Shown piece after piece: positions 49,823 through 62,112 of a stretch of DNA of 64,000 nt. The stretch is from Hypanus sabinus (taxonomy: Eukaryota), in the NCBI RefSeq assembly GCF_030144855.1, contig NC_082732.1:33294001-33358000 (forward strand). The letters run 5' to 3'. How positions within the stretch are numbered: the stretch's first letter is position 1; each line of letters begins with the position of its first letter. Position numbers and translations under genes: made by a program. Under the pieces are notes generated by a model. That model saw nothing but the letters and a program-made list of their open reading frames with translations, was not told the DNA's origin and did no database searches.

Positions 49823-51519
49823 TAAAACAAAATCTTTTTTATAGACCTTAGCTGTTTATATTGATTTTTAATTAATTGTTAAAGCTTAATGCCCTTTAAA
49901 CAGATTGATGTAAATGAAACTAAACAATCATATTGAGTAGTTAGTTTGTTTTTACATTTAACTTGCACTGACCTTGTGGAGTCTGGGGTGTTGTGGCATC
50001 TGGACAAGGAATAAGAGGAGCTTATTCTACTCAGTAGAGTGGAAGAGCTGGGTCCCCACTGTGCTCCACAGGAAAGACGTGGTGTCATTGCAATTCTCCA
50101 CAAGGATCAGAGCCTGTCTTCAACCAAAGCTGCTGAGAAGTGATTCACTGAAGTCCAGCTGCCCTGAGGGTCGACATCAGAGGGTTCAAAAGTTCAACCT
50201 GTGACCTTGAAGGCGTATTACAGCTCATCACTCAGAGGTTGTGGGCCGTGGTGCACTGTCAGAGGTAATTGCTCTTGGATGTTAAACCGAGGTATCATCT
50301 GCCAAATTCTTAACAATGGCCCCTTACTTTTACCCGGTCATTGATACGTGACACAAACAGCGTCTCCAGTGCATTCAACCTTTTCTTTTGTCACTAAACT
50401 TCCTGTCAACCATTACCATTGGCTTTCTGCCACTGACCCTGTTTTGAGTCTAATTGGCCAGGTATCGTTATATCTTGTGGGGGCACTTACTTTCCTGATA
50501 TGTCTAACCATATAGCATTGCCTCCTTTGACCCACCTTCCTCGCTCCGCAAAGATATCAACCCGTTTGGTCACCACAACTTCCTCTTACTTTTAACCCAT
50601 GCTTCTCTGGTGCTGATTTATGCCACCACTGATATTAGGCTGTCTGGGTTCAAGTCACATTCTAATCCATTCCCCCTCTCCCCACTCCCCCATCCTATTT
50701 GAAAGAATAGTTCAGTATTAACTGGTCTTCTAGCACTGTGCCTCGAGGTAAAGCCCACCAGAAAATGAAAAGAGAGTGGTGATTGCAAGCCATATGGTGG
50801 TTTGGTAGTTCAAAGTACATTTATCATCAAAGTATAGACGCATTATAAAACTCGGAGATTTGTCTTCTCCAGACAGTCGTGAAACTAAGAAAACCATCAG
50901 CCACCCCCCCACATGCAAAAGATAAAAATCGTGCTAACTACATCAAGAACATCAACCACTCCCCCAATGCATAGAAAAGAAATTGTGCAAAAAAACCCAA
51001 CAACAAATGGTTAAATCCGGTCTGACTGGAATACTTGAACCCAAGACTACTGTGAGTTGTTGCATGAGGTGTCACAACATCATTGAACTTTTGACTCATT
51101 AAGCTATTCAGACCCTGGTGAATAACTACAGAGGATGAAGTTAGGACACACTGACTTTTTTGCCATGTGGAATATAAAGTTGAAATGTTCCAGCAAAGTC
51201 TGACACTCTTGGAAATACAAGGAAGTTGAATCGCTGTTGATTTCTGAACAAAGTCAAAAAAAGAATGTTGTGCAATGAAAATTTAGTTGAAGATTAACTT
51301 ATGTTCACAGGAATTAAGAATGAGAAATCACCCTATTGAAACAAAATTCTGACAAGAATAATTATTGCCAGGCTCTTCCCTGAGGCTGGATAGTTTATCA
51401 TCTCAGGAAAAGGAGTCCACCATTTAGGATTCAGGCCTGGCTCATTAGATATTGTGCACCTTTGGAGATTTGAATTCCAGGAGCTGTGAATGTTCAGTAA
51501 TTGTGTATAAGGATCTAGT

Positions 51520-51648
51520 GCTTTCCTGGTGTATATGACAAATTAACTCTTCTCGGGCTTCCAGCTGGATAAGTGACTGATTTAACCAATGTTTCAATTA
51601 CAAACTCTGCCGTCATCATCAGGGATGATGCCTGGCATGTCTAGTCAG
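51520..51648 (-). mobile_element. Terminal fragment of a second Penelope-like family with a hammerhead-like core
   Basis: Minus strand catcatcc-ctgatga-tgacggcagagtttgtaatt-gaaa-cattggtt...ctggaagcccgagaagag. Confidence 0.65.
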
Positions 51649-52176
51649 GCAATCCTGCAAAGAGAAGGAGGTGGGAAAGGAGAGGAGGCTTGGAATGCAG
51701 AAGCTGAAGTTATGAGGTGGGTGGATGAGAGGAGGTAGTTCTAGTTGTGTGCACTGTTACTGAAAGGGCCACCAGGAACTGCACGCATAGTAAATGGTTT
51801 GAATGGGAATACATGCTGGCTGGTTAGAGAAAGAAATTGGTGGAGCACTTTGTCTTCAAGTACTCCCAGTGTTAGTAGGGCTGTATTTTGTGGAAAAATG
51901 CCTGCAGGTTCATGTTGATTGGCTGACACTGCTCTGTGAGTACTAGTAAATGCAGGATTTTCATCCATGCATGTGTGAAGGTGAAAGTCCTGATTTGCCT
52001 CTTCTTTCTTACCAGTGTTTGATTTCTGTCTGTTGCTGGGTATTTCATGGGACATAGAACATTACAACACAGTACAAGCCCTTCAGCCCAGGATATTGTG
52101 CTAACCTTTTAAACTGCTCTACAATCAGTCTAAACTTTCCCCCTTAAATAGCTCTCCACTTTTTTATTATCCACGT

Positions 52177-52762
52177 TCCATTCCCATTCTGATATGTCTA
52201 TCCATGGCCTCCTCTACTGTCAAGATGAAGCCAACACTCAGGTTGGAGGAACAACACCTTATATTCCGTCTGGTAGTCTCCAACCTGATGGCGTGAACAT
52301 TGATTTCTCTAACTTCCGTTAATGCCCCTCCTCCCCTTCATACTCCATCCCTGATATATTTAGTGTTTTCCCCCCTCCTTTTTTTTTGCTCTCTCTTTCT
52401 GCCCATCACTCTGCCTGTTCTCCATCTCCCTCTGGTGCTCCCCTCCCCCTTTCTTTCTCCTTAGGCCTCCCGTCCCATGATCCTTTCCCTTTTCCAGCTC
52501 TGTATCCCTTTTGCCTATCACCTTTCTGGCTCTCAGCTTTACCCCACCCCCTCCAGTCTTCTCCTATCATTTCGCATTTCCCCCTCCCCATTCTACTTTC
52601 AAATCTCTTACTATCGTACCTTTCAGTTTTTCCTGACGAAGGGTCTCGGCCTGAAACGTTGACAGTGCTTCTCCTTATAGATGCTGCCTGGCCTGCTGCG
52701 TTCCACCAGCATTTTGTGTGTGTTGCTTGAATTTCCAGCATCTGCAGATTTCCTCATGTTTA
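52177..52762 (+). mobile_element. 5'-truncated Penelope-like element: GIY-YIG C-terminus, CT-rich spacer, hammerhead-bearing terminus; 16-bp TSD
   Basis: HSHSDMSIHGLLYCQDEA/TLRLEEQHLIFRL/SLQPDGVNIDFSNFR* (two frameshifts, stop at 52320-52322). TSD tttttattatccacgt (52161-52176) / tttttattatccatgt (52763-52778). It interrupts a CR1 relic (about 52050-53030). Confidence 0.9.
52628..52665 (+). ncRNA. Minimal hammerhead ribozyme motif, core intact, stem I weakened
   Basis: UC-CUGACGA-AGG-GUCUCGG-CCU-GAAA-CG-UU-GA; only 2 contiguous stem I pairs. Confidence 0.55.
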
Positions 52763-53127
52763 TTTTTATTATCCATGTGATTACCTAAGTTTCTTAAATG
52801 TCCCAAGTGTATCTGCTTCTGGCACAGCCCATGGCAAGGCATTCCACGCACTCCCTGCTCTGTGTTTAAAAAAAAAATTGCTTCTTACATCTTCCCTATT
52901 ATTTCCTCCAATCAATTTAAAATTATGTCCCTCGTGTTAGCCATTTCCACTCTGGGAAAAAGTCTCTGGCTGTCTACTCACTCTATGCCTCTTATCATCT
53001 TGTACACCTCTGTGAAATTACCTCTGATCACCTCAAGTCATGTTTCCTGGACTCTAGCAACAAACTGCTAAATTTCAGCAAAAGTCCCGAGCACTTAGAA
53101 TGTGAAATCTGCTCAACCAGCCACATA

Positions 53128-53232
53128 AAACATACACAAAATGCTAGAAGAACTCAGCAGGCCAGGCAGCATCTATAGAGAGGAATAACCAGTCACTGTT
53201 TCAGGCCAAGACCCTTCATTGGGACTGGACAG
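53128..53232 (-). mobile_element. Solo Penelope terminal module (decayed core)
   Basis: cacaaaatgctagaagaactcagcaggccaggcagcatct...gtttcaggccaagacccttcattgggactg. Confidence 0.8.
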
Positions 53233-56200
53233 GCCCTCATCAAACATGGATAGAAATGTGTGTCTGTGTGAGATTAGATCTGTGCTCCCTATGTGAAATA
53301 AGGTTATTTCAGCACTCTATAGCACAGGCTTGTCTGGTCCCACCATGTAACTAGAGTTATTCACAAAGAATCTGTCACAGTCCAAGGCACTGCTGCTGAG
53401 GTTGGAGGGAGTGTGGTTCAGAAATTTCCCATTCTGAGATCTACACAAGGTCAATGCACACTTACTATGGAGATCACAAATTCCAAATTCCAAATTCCAG
53501 ATTGCTAATTCCATGCCAAAGTCATGAGAGAGTAGGGCTGAATCACAGTTTCCTTATGGAGTCTGTATTGAACTTCCCCCAGCCGTCTTGGACCCCACCC
53601 CATGCTGGATCCGGGAGGGGATGTTGAGAGGGTGGGTCTGGACTGTGCAACCCCCTACTCACCTAAAATCCATTCATGCAGATGCTGTTCCTCTCTGAGG
53701 AGTGGGGTATCCGTATCAAACCCCACTAACTGACTGAAAGGAACCATCATCATCCTATGGGATGGATAGCCAGAAGAGGAAGTGAAACAAAGCCAATCTG
53801 CCTCGTAATTTAAGCAATACCCCAATAAGATCTGATCTACCATTTGGCACCTGCAACTGAACACAAGCAGCTTAGGAATGCAATCAATCAGACTTTTCAA
53901 ACTGCAGGGTATTCTCCTCAGAGAAGCATAATAGAGGAATTTGACTGAGGTGTTGTCTCTGGGCATCAGGCATTTTTTGCCAAGATTCCTGGCAGCAACA
54001 CATACCCTATGCTACTCCCTACATGCACCAGATAGGGGATAAGGTGTTCTGTACCTGTGCAACACATAGAACCGCATCTCTCAGTGAGAGGGTCTGAGCT
54101 GGTCTAAATCAGGAGTGAAGGCAGAACACTGATTTCTTTCACAGAGTCTGTTTTTCTCATCGTGTATCTTGCTCGGTGGACTTTTCCCACTGATGAGACC
54201 AACTTGGATCTTCTGCACTTGTAACAACGACAGGAACTGCAATCATTTATTTTGTTTTTGGTTTTATTTCCATTCTGTCTCTGAGAAAATGACTACCCAA
54301 TGTGCAGAACTAAAGGGCCGGGCTAACAATTCCTTCAGCTAGTATAAAAAATCTTTGTGGACTACAGGAAGGAATTAAATTTAAATCCCAAACTAAACAC
54401 AATTCGATCCTTTGTTGACGGATCACATAGTTTGTAAAATTTTGTCTGGCTTTTCCGTGTCTACATGGAGGCAGCCAGAAATACCCGCTGATTTCAAAGT
54501 GTGCACAATCTACGTTTTGATATTATTTAAAATCCTGTTGCATTTTATTATCCACGAAGAGCATGGCCACTGGTCTTAACAAGATAGCTGACGCTTCATT
54601 CTGCTTTAGTTAAATGGGACTGGTCTTACCTGGTCTTCGGGGTCTGAGATGTTAATCTAACTTTAGGTAGGTTCTGCTTTAAGAACTTATTGTCCGCTCC
54701 CATCGTATGCAGCCTCCGTCCTAACTCACTTCTTATATTGTTAAGGCCACCAGATCATTTCTCCAATTATTCAACACTTTCTCACCACTTAACCCTGGCC
54801 TGAAGCCTTCTCTGATCCCCGACACTTTTGTGCATATTTAACCCCAAATGCTGCAAGCCAGCCCTACTTGGTTCTCCCCCACCCAACTGCCTCTCACCAG
54901 TCCACCCAACCCTGACCTTGTTTTTGTTTCCTCTCAATAGTACCACAAAGGGCCATAAGGCCGCAGTGGAAAAAGTTACAATTCCTTGGGCTTAGATCAC
55001 CTGATGGGAGATTCCAAGGACAAGTTCTGCTCTATCCTCTCCCCATTCTGTACTGGGCAACCATGCTTTTTGAGGCAAAGGTGAATGTTGTGGCCTCTGA
55101 TTTAGACTTGGCTTGATTAGTAAGGGTGCCAGAAGGTGGGAGAGTGGGGTTGAGAGAAAATAAATAAGCCACGATTCAATGGTTGACCAGACTTGATGGG
55201 CTGAATGGCCTAATCCTGCTCTTATATCGTATGGTTTTATTGATTTTGTGGACTAATTGCAGCAGGGCACATACTGCAGAGGTCTGTATTTATACAGAAC
55301 CTTCAGCATTGTTAACCATCCCAGGGTGCTTTACAGGACAGACATCAAATACAATTGAACTCCATCCGCTGGACAGTTTTCTGATTTCAACTCTGATAAT
55401 CAAGTTTCCAAAGCTTCCAAACTCTGGAATTAACTCCCCCTTTCTCCTTTAGATCCTTCATAAAGGTTTCTGCTGTCACCTGGTCTTTTAGTCACGTGCC
55501 TTAATATACTGTTGACCCATTGAAGCTTTCAGCTGCTGGATAATGGGTGGATAAGAGACTTTTCCTTGCACTGAAGATCTTGTTGAAAATCTTCTGTCTG
55601 TACGTTGTAGATGTAAAGGCTAATGTTGCAGTGTAATTGACTGGACACATTTATAACTTACAGATTCTAACTTGCATGTGGTTTTGTTTTTTTCTTGCTA
55701 TTACAGCTGTTCACATAGACAGGCACAGGAGAATAATTGTTAAGTGACTAGATGCTCTGGAGAGATAATGGAGGTTAATAGGAAAATACTTAAGGAAAAA
55801 TGCAATGTATCTAAGTAGATTAATTAAGTACGTTATATGGAAGGGCTTCATTGACGGAAACATCTTTAAGCACATGTCTTTGGAACTTCATTTGGTTAAA
55901 GTTGGTGGGATGGGGAGGGGTGTATAAAATATTTTGTTGTTTTTGATCTAAAAGCCAGCCTTGAAGATCAGATGTAATTAGGTAAACTCAAATTCAAGAC
56001 TGGAATTTGGCTTTGGATCATCCAGATACTTCTGGAAGCCAACAGCGAGATCAGCCAGATTCAATGCGTAACCTTCCATGGAATTCTTTGCCTCCTTGGA
56101 ATCTCCTCACATTTTCATCCCGCCTTTCCCTCGAGGCCCTCAACTTGGAAATTTGTGGGGAAAATGACTTGGATGCGTAGGATTTTATGAATAAAACATG

Positions 56201-56644
56201 CAAGAGTCATTTTATGTGCTTAACAAAAGCTGTAGCCCTTTACTTCCATTACCAACAAACCAAAAGCAGTCACCTTACACTGACATCACTACATCAGACA
56301 CCGTCTCTTAAAGTGAACATGACAATACAATGATGGTGTTCGTGAGTTATGTAGAACAATTTCTATTATGAACAGTATGTGCCATCTGTCACCATTACAT
56401 GACCCTACAGCTGAAAACACGGGTGGGTGGGTTTGTAAATTAGCAGACAATACATAGAATGGTGGCACTATTATAAGATCGCCAAAGGATACAGTGAGAT
56501 GTAAATCACTTGCACATATGGCTAGAGAAACAGCAGACCCTACCAAGTGTGAGGCCATGCACTTTGGGAGATCAAATGTAAAGAGACCCTACACAGGACC
56601 CTTAACAATGTTGATGCATAAAGGGGTTTTGGGGTCCTAGTGTA

Positions 56645-59005
56645 TAGCTCCACTAGAGATGGGGCAGTGTTGGATCTCCTGTTAGGGAATGCGATAGGTC
56701 AGCTGACAGATATATGTGTTGGGGAGCACTTCGGGTCCAGTGATCACAATAGCATTAGCTTCAATATAATTATGGAGAAGGACAGGACTGGACCTAGAGT
56801 TGAGATTTTTGATTGGAGAAAGGCAAACTTTGAGGAGATGCGAAGGGATTTAGAGAGAGTGGATTGGGTCAAGTTGTTTTATGGGAAGGATGTAATAGAG
56901 AAATGGAGGTCATTTAAGGGTGAAATTATGAGGGTACAGAATCTTTATGTTCCTGTTAGGTTGAAAGGAAAGGTTAAAGGTTTGAAAGCACCATGGTTTT
57001 CAAGGGATATTAGAAACTTGGTTCGGAAAAAGAGGCATGTCTACAATAGATATAGGCAGCACAGAGTAAAGGAATTGCTTGAGGAGTATAAAGAATGTAA
57101 AAGGAATCTTAAGAAAGAGATTAGAAAAGCTAAAAGAAGATACGAGGTTGGTTTGGCAAATAAGGTGAAAGTAAATCCGAAAGGTTTCTACAGTTATATT
57201 AAAAGCAAGAGGATAGTGAGGGATAAAATTGGTCCCTTAGAGAATCAGGGTGGTCAGCTATGTGTGGAGCCGAGGGAGATGGGAGAGATTTTGAATGATT
57301 TCTTCTCTTCAGTATTCACTAAGGAGAAGGATATTAAATTGTGTAAGGTGTGGGAAACAAGTAAGGAAGTTATGGAACCTATGACAATTAAAGAGGTGGA
57401 AGTACTGGCGCTTTTAAGAAATTTAAAAGTGGATAAATCTCCGAGTCCTGACAGGATTTTCCCCAGGACCTTGAGGGAAGTTTGTGTAGAGATAGCAGGA
57501 GCTCTGACGGAGATCTTTAAGATGTCATTAGAAACGGGGATTGTGCCGGAGGATTGGCGTATTGCTCATGTGGTTACATTGTTTAAAAAGGGTTCTAGAA
57601 GTAAGCCTAGCAATTATAGACCTGTCAGTTTGACATCAGTGGTGGGTAAATTAATGGAAAGTATTCTTAGAGATAGTATTAATAATTATCTGGATAGACA
57701 GGATCTGATTAGGAGTAGCCAGCATGGATTTGTGCGTGGAAGGTCATGTTTGACAAACCTTATTGAATTTTATGAAGAAGTTACGAGGAATGTTGACGAG
57801 GATAAGGCAGTGGATGTAGTTTATATGGACTTCAGCAAGGCCTTTGACAAAATTCCACATGGAAGGTTAGTTAAGAAGTTTCAGTCGTTAGGTATTAATG
57901 CTGGAGTAATAAAATGGATTCAACAGTGGCTAGATGGGAGATGCCAGAGAGTAGTGGTGGATAATTGTTTATTGGGATGGAGGCCGGGACTAGCGGGGTG
58001 CCTGAGGGATCTGTTTTGGGCCCAATGTTGTTTGTAATATACATAAATGATCTAGATGATGGGGTGGTAAATTGGATTAGTAAGTATGCCGATGATACTA
58101 AGGTAGGAGGTGTTGTGGATAATGAGGTGGGTTTTCAAAGCTTGCAGGGAGATTTATGCTGGTTAGAAGAATGGGCTGAACGTTGGCAGATGGAGTTTAA
58201 TGCTGAGAAGTGTGAGGTTCTACATTTTGGCAGGAATAATCCAAATAGAACATACAGGGTAAATGGTAGGGCATTGAGGAATGCAGTGGAACAGAGAGAT
58301 CTAGGAATAACAGTGCATAGTTCCCTGAAGGTGGAGTCTCATGTAGATAGGGTGGTGAAGAAGGCTTTTGGAATGCTGACCTTTATAAATCAGAGCATTG
58401 AGTACAGAAGTTGGGATATAATGTTAAAATTGTACAAGGCATTGGTAAGGCCAAATTTGGAATATTGTGTACAGTTCTGGTCACCGAATTATAGGAAAGA
58501 TATCAATAAATTAGAGAGAGTGCAGAGATGATTTACTAGGATGTTACCTGGGTTTCAGCACTTAAGTTACAGAAAAAGGTTAAACAAGTTAGGTCTCTAT
58601 TCATTGGAGCATAGAAGGTTGAGGGGGGATTTGATCGAGGTATTTAAAATTTTGAGAGGGATAGATAGAGTTGACGTGAATAGGCTGTTTCCATTGAGAG
58701 TAGGGGAGATTCAAACGAGAGGACATGATTTGAGAGTTAGGGGGCAGAAGTTTAAGGGAAACACGAGGGGGTATTTCTTTACTCACAGAGTGATAGCTGT
58801 GTGGAACGTGCTTCCTGTAGAAGTAGTAGAGGCCAGTTCAGTTGTGTCATTTAAGGTAAAATTGGATAGGTATATGGACAGGAAAGGAGTGGAGGGTTAT
58901 GGGCTGAGTGCGGATAGGTGGGACTAGGTGAGATTAAGAGTTCAGCACGGACTAGGAGGGCCGAGATGGCCTGTTTCTGTGCTGTGATTGTTATATGGTT
59001 ATATG
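56645..59005 (+). mobile_element. Young 5'-truncated CR1 LINE (end of APE endonuclease, RT, 3' UTR); one frameshift and one nonsense codon
   Basis: ORFs 56640-58037, 57965-58531 and 58541-58927 join into ORF2 (LDLLL, GSSDH, NYRPVSLTS, DFSKAFD, YADD); tail ttatatggttatatg. Confidence 0.97.
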
Positions 59006-59620
59006 AAGGTGGCCGCATAAGTTAGTAAAGAAGTCATTTGCCATGCTTGTCTTCATTAGTCGAGGTATTGAGTTCAAGAGTTGGGAAGTTACATTGCAGC
59101 TTTATAAAACTTTAGTTAGGCCACATCTGGGTATTGTATTCAGTTCTAGTTGCCCCTTTGGAGCGGGGTCAGATGAGATTTACCAGGACACTGCCTGTCA
59201 AGAAAGGATGTCTAGAAGAGAGTTTGGATGATGTTGGTGCCAGAGGTTTTGGGGTGGGGTGGAATTTAATAGAAATGTTGTAAGATTATGAAAGGCAGAG
59301 CCAGTGTCCTTTTCTCAAAGCTAAAATGTCTAATGGGCATGGATTTAGGATGAGAGAGGTTAAATTCCAAGGAGATATGCGGGACAAGTTTTTGCAAAAT
59401 GGGGCAGGTGCCTGGAATGTGCTGCCAGTGGTGATAGAGGAGGCACATACGATAGAGGCATTTAAAAGGCACATGAGTATGCAGAGAGTAGAGAGATATG
59501 GACTTTGTGTAGATAGAAGGGACTCGTTCAGTGGGCTTCTAATTACTAGTTTAATTAGTTCAGCACAACATTGTGGGCTGAAGGATCAGGTCCTTTTCAA
59601 TGTGCTGTTCTCTCTATGTT
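59006..59620 (+). mobile_element. Older CR1 relic (continues from about 56490-56650) that hosts the young CR1
   Basis: Left KCEAMHFGRSN...GVLVYSS; right resumes KVAA..MLVFISRGIEFKSWEVTLQLYKTLVRPHL. Confidence 0.85.
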
Positions 59621-61364
59621 CTGAAAAATTGATTAAAAACCTCAGGCTGCATCATATCTCACTCTCTTCTCCAGCCCCTCACAGGTAATGCCATTGCTCC
59701 GTATAGCACAGTTCTCCAGGTGTTATTAGCTTCCATGGGGCCATTCTGTACTATGAACTTGAAGAAGCATCGTGGCACTTTGACCCTAATCTTGACCTCA
59801 CTTTCTGTCAATAGAAACGATTCCTCTCCTCTTCCCTAAAAGCCACTTTAAAGTACTGAAGCCAGTTATCCTGGTAGAACTCTGATCAGCTATCCCAGAT
59901 AGTCTGCAGATTGAATATGGCACTGTGCTGGTCTCTTTTTCGAACTGTGTGTTTAAACTCTGCTGTACAAACACTGGGCTGGAAAGACTTTATGAGTCCT
60001 GTCTGTAGTCTTTGGAAGCAAGGGGAGGATTGATGTAAAGAAAGCTAAAATAATTGGCACAACAAGGCTGAGCATTTTTTAAAGGCTTGACTGAATGGGT
60101 TGGTGCTCATGTAAGGAAGTTTAGCAAACAGGAATATGTAGTGGGGAGGGGTCAAGGAGCTAGATTTGCAGCAAGTTGGGTTTACATTCGGTCATAAAGA
60201 ATTGCTGTTACACTGAGTGGATCAAGCTCTGTGCCGAATGTTTAGTCTCAGTACTCTCAGTGCAGCAGTCCTTGCAGTGGGAGTGCCTCCCCCTTTCCTT
60301 CTGAATTCATATAAAATCAACAACATTGTGGGAGACCACTTGACCCATTAGGTTCTACGCCTGTTAAAAAAGGATTAAATCAGTCTGCTCCCATTTTCTA
60401 GCACATGATCTGTACATGATGCTGAGACGCATCCTAGGATGTGCTGAGACCCATCAGTGATGTAACCTGGGGTCACCGGGTGCTTTGGGTCTTTCAGCAT
60501 CAGACAGTTTCACCCAGGCGACCCAGCCAGGGTGGTTCAGGCTCTGGGTTGTGTCCTAGCAGCCTTGCTCCATGGGTTACACCTCCTGATCCACAGCTAC
60601 CTGGGGTCCGGCTCAGTAGTCTCTACAATGGTCCTGATAGGTCTTTACTTTGCAGCCTCCATAATTCCAAGGAGAGAATAGATTCTGCACAGCAGGCAGC
60701 TGGCAAAACCTCTACAGGCTCACATCATGCCCTCCACCCCTGTCTCGGGCAGTGCTCTACCAGCCCCTGGGATTTGGCTTTCCTGTGTTCAAACCCCTCC
60801 TCGATCTGGTCTTCCCAAGGAACTGTTGCTTCAACCGTGACCACCTGCTTCAAAGCATCTGACGGAATGGCCATGTCATGCCTCAGGGATGATGACACAG
60901 TGAAGTCAAGGAACTTTAATAGCTAGCCAAGATCACCTTTCAGTTGCCAGTCAGATGTGCTGCGAGCAGCACAAGTAGTGTTTGAAGATGATGAGTTTCT
61001 ATCTTTACCATCCTCTCAGCTAGTGGATTTCAGATAGCCACCATTCTCTGGAAGAAATATTTTTCTCATCTTTCTATCCATTACTTTAAGTCTGTGCCCC
61101 CTTTCTACCACTGAGCATAGAGTGAAAAAGAAGGTCCTATCTAAATTATAACCACCTCAGTTACATGTCTCCTCAGTCACCACTGTTCCAAAGAACAACT
61201 CTAGCTTATCCTGAGTTTTGTTTTCTCTACAGTTTTTCAGTCCTGATAAATCTCTGTATGGTCTCCACCACAATGCCATCCTTCCATCTCTTTCCTCCAT
61301 TTCAAGTGTATTTTATCATCACATTCTGCAGTTATGAACAAAAAGTTTTAAGATAGAGATGACT

Positions 61365-61650
61365 TTCACTCCAGAATTTTGGGGTATAATTTTAAGGTGA
61401 TTGGAGGAAAATGTAAGGAGGATGTCAGAGCTGTTTTTTTTCACACAGAGGATGGTGGGTGTGTGAAACACACTCTCAGGAGTCGTGGTAGAAGCAGATA
61501 CATTAGGGGCATTTAAGAGAATTTTAGGCATATGGATGAAAGAAAAATAAAGAGCTATTTGGAAGGGAAGAGTTATATTGATCTTAAAGTAGGTTAAAAG
61601 GTTGGCACAACATAATGGGCTGCAGGGCCTTTACTGTGTTCTACGTTCTA
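61365..61650 (+). mobile_element. CR1 3' fragment
   Basis: FFTQRMVGV*N.L..VVVEADTLGAFKR plus UTR. Confidence 0.8.
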
Positions 61651-61668
61651 TAAAGCTAACAGCCCTCC

Positions 61669-61868
61669 TGATGCACCATCAATAACTCTAGGAGACTGTA
61701 AGTGGATGATAGGCTATTATTAACAGCGAGAAAGGGACCACGACCATGTTGAGACTGAGGGAGGAGCAGTGCCCCCAATCGCCTTTATACAGAGGTCTGT
61801 GGGAGGAGCCATAGGAGCAGTCAGCAAGGTGGGGGACGTGTCCAGACAGGTATACATAGTTTACCACT
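61669..61868 (-). mobile_element. Solo LTR, 200 bp, 5-bp TSD
   Basis: Starts tgatgcacc and ends ttaccact (CA end mutated); direct repeat cctcc at 61664-61668 and 61869-61873; minus-strand TATAAA near 61785. Confidence 0.7.
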
Positions 61869-62112
61869 CCTCCATACACTGCACCTGCTGTTCCACAACT
61901 TCTGGCAGTCTGGCACTCTGAACCATGTCTGACTGTGAGAGCAGAAGCCTCTGGGTAGTGGAGTGCTTCACTCTTTCCCTGATGTCTATCACCGTACACC
62001 AAGATCATTCGGCGAGGAAGTGGAGCTAATGTGGGCAAGAGGATCTGAAGTGGACATTGGCAAAGTGCTGAGGAGCCTACCCTAGTTTCCATGTTCATTC
62101 CATGTCCATAAA

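Noticed and set aside
55683-55750. Strong-looking splice acceptor (tttttttcttgctattacag|ctgt) similar to the real exon's
   Set aside because: The expected phase-1 frame hits TGA after about 13 codons, has no Cys pattern and has no good donor.
56640-58037. 465-aa ORF as a host gene
   Set aside because: It is CR1 ORF2, 5'-truncated with no true start and broken downstream.
60518-60541. gcgaccca matches the 5' end and seed of miR-551, which is hosted in MEGF6/EGFEM1 introns in other vertebrates
   Set aside because: The rest (gccagggtggttcag) does not match the recalled mature miR-551 (..uacuugguuucag / ..cucuugguuucca), and the 5' arm signature is missing. I saw no miR-551 hairpin in the window by eye; it may lie outside it.
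60461-60581. tgtaacc...ggttaca as a solo LTR
   Set aside because: There is no target-site duplication (gtga versus cctc) and it is unusually short.
60441-60926. 161-aa ORF
   Set aside because: It has a non-ATG start, no recognisable domain and no splice support; likely a chance ORF in a GC-rich repeat.
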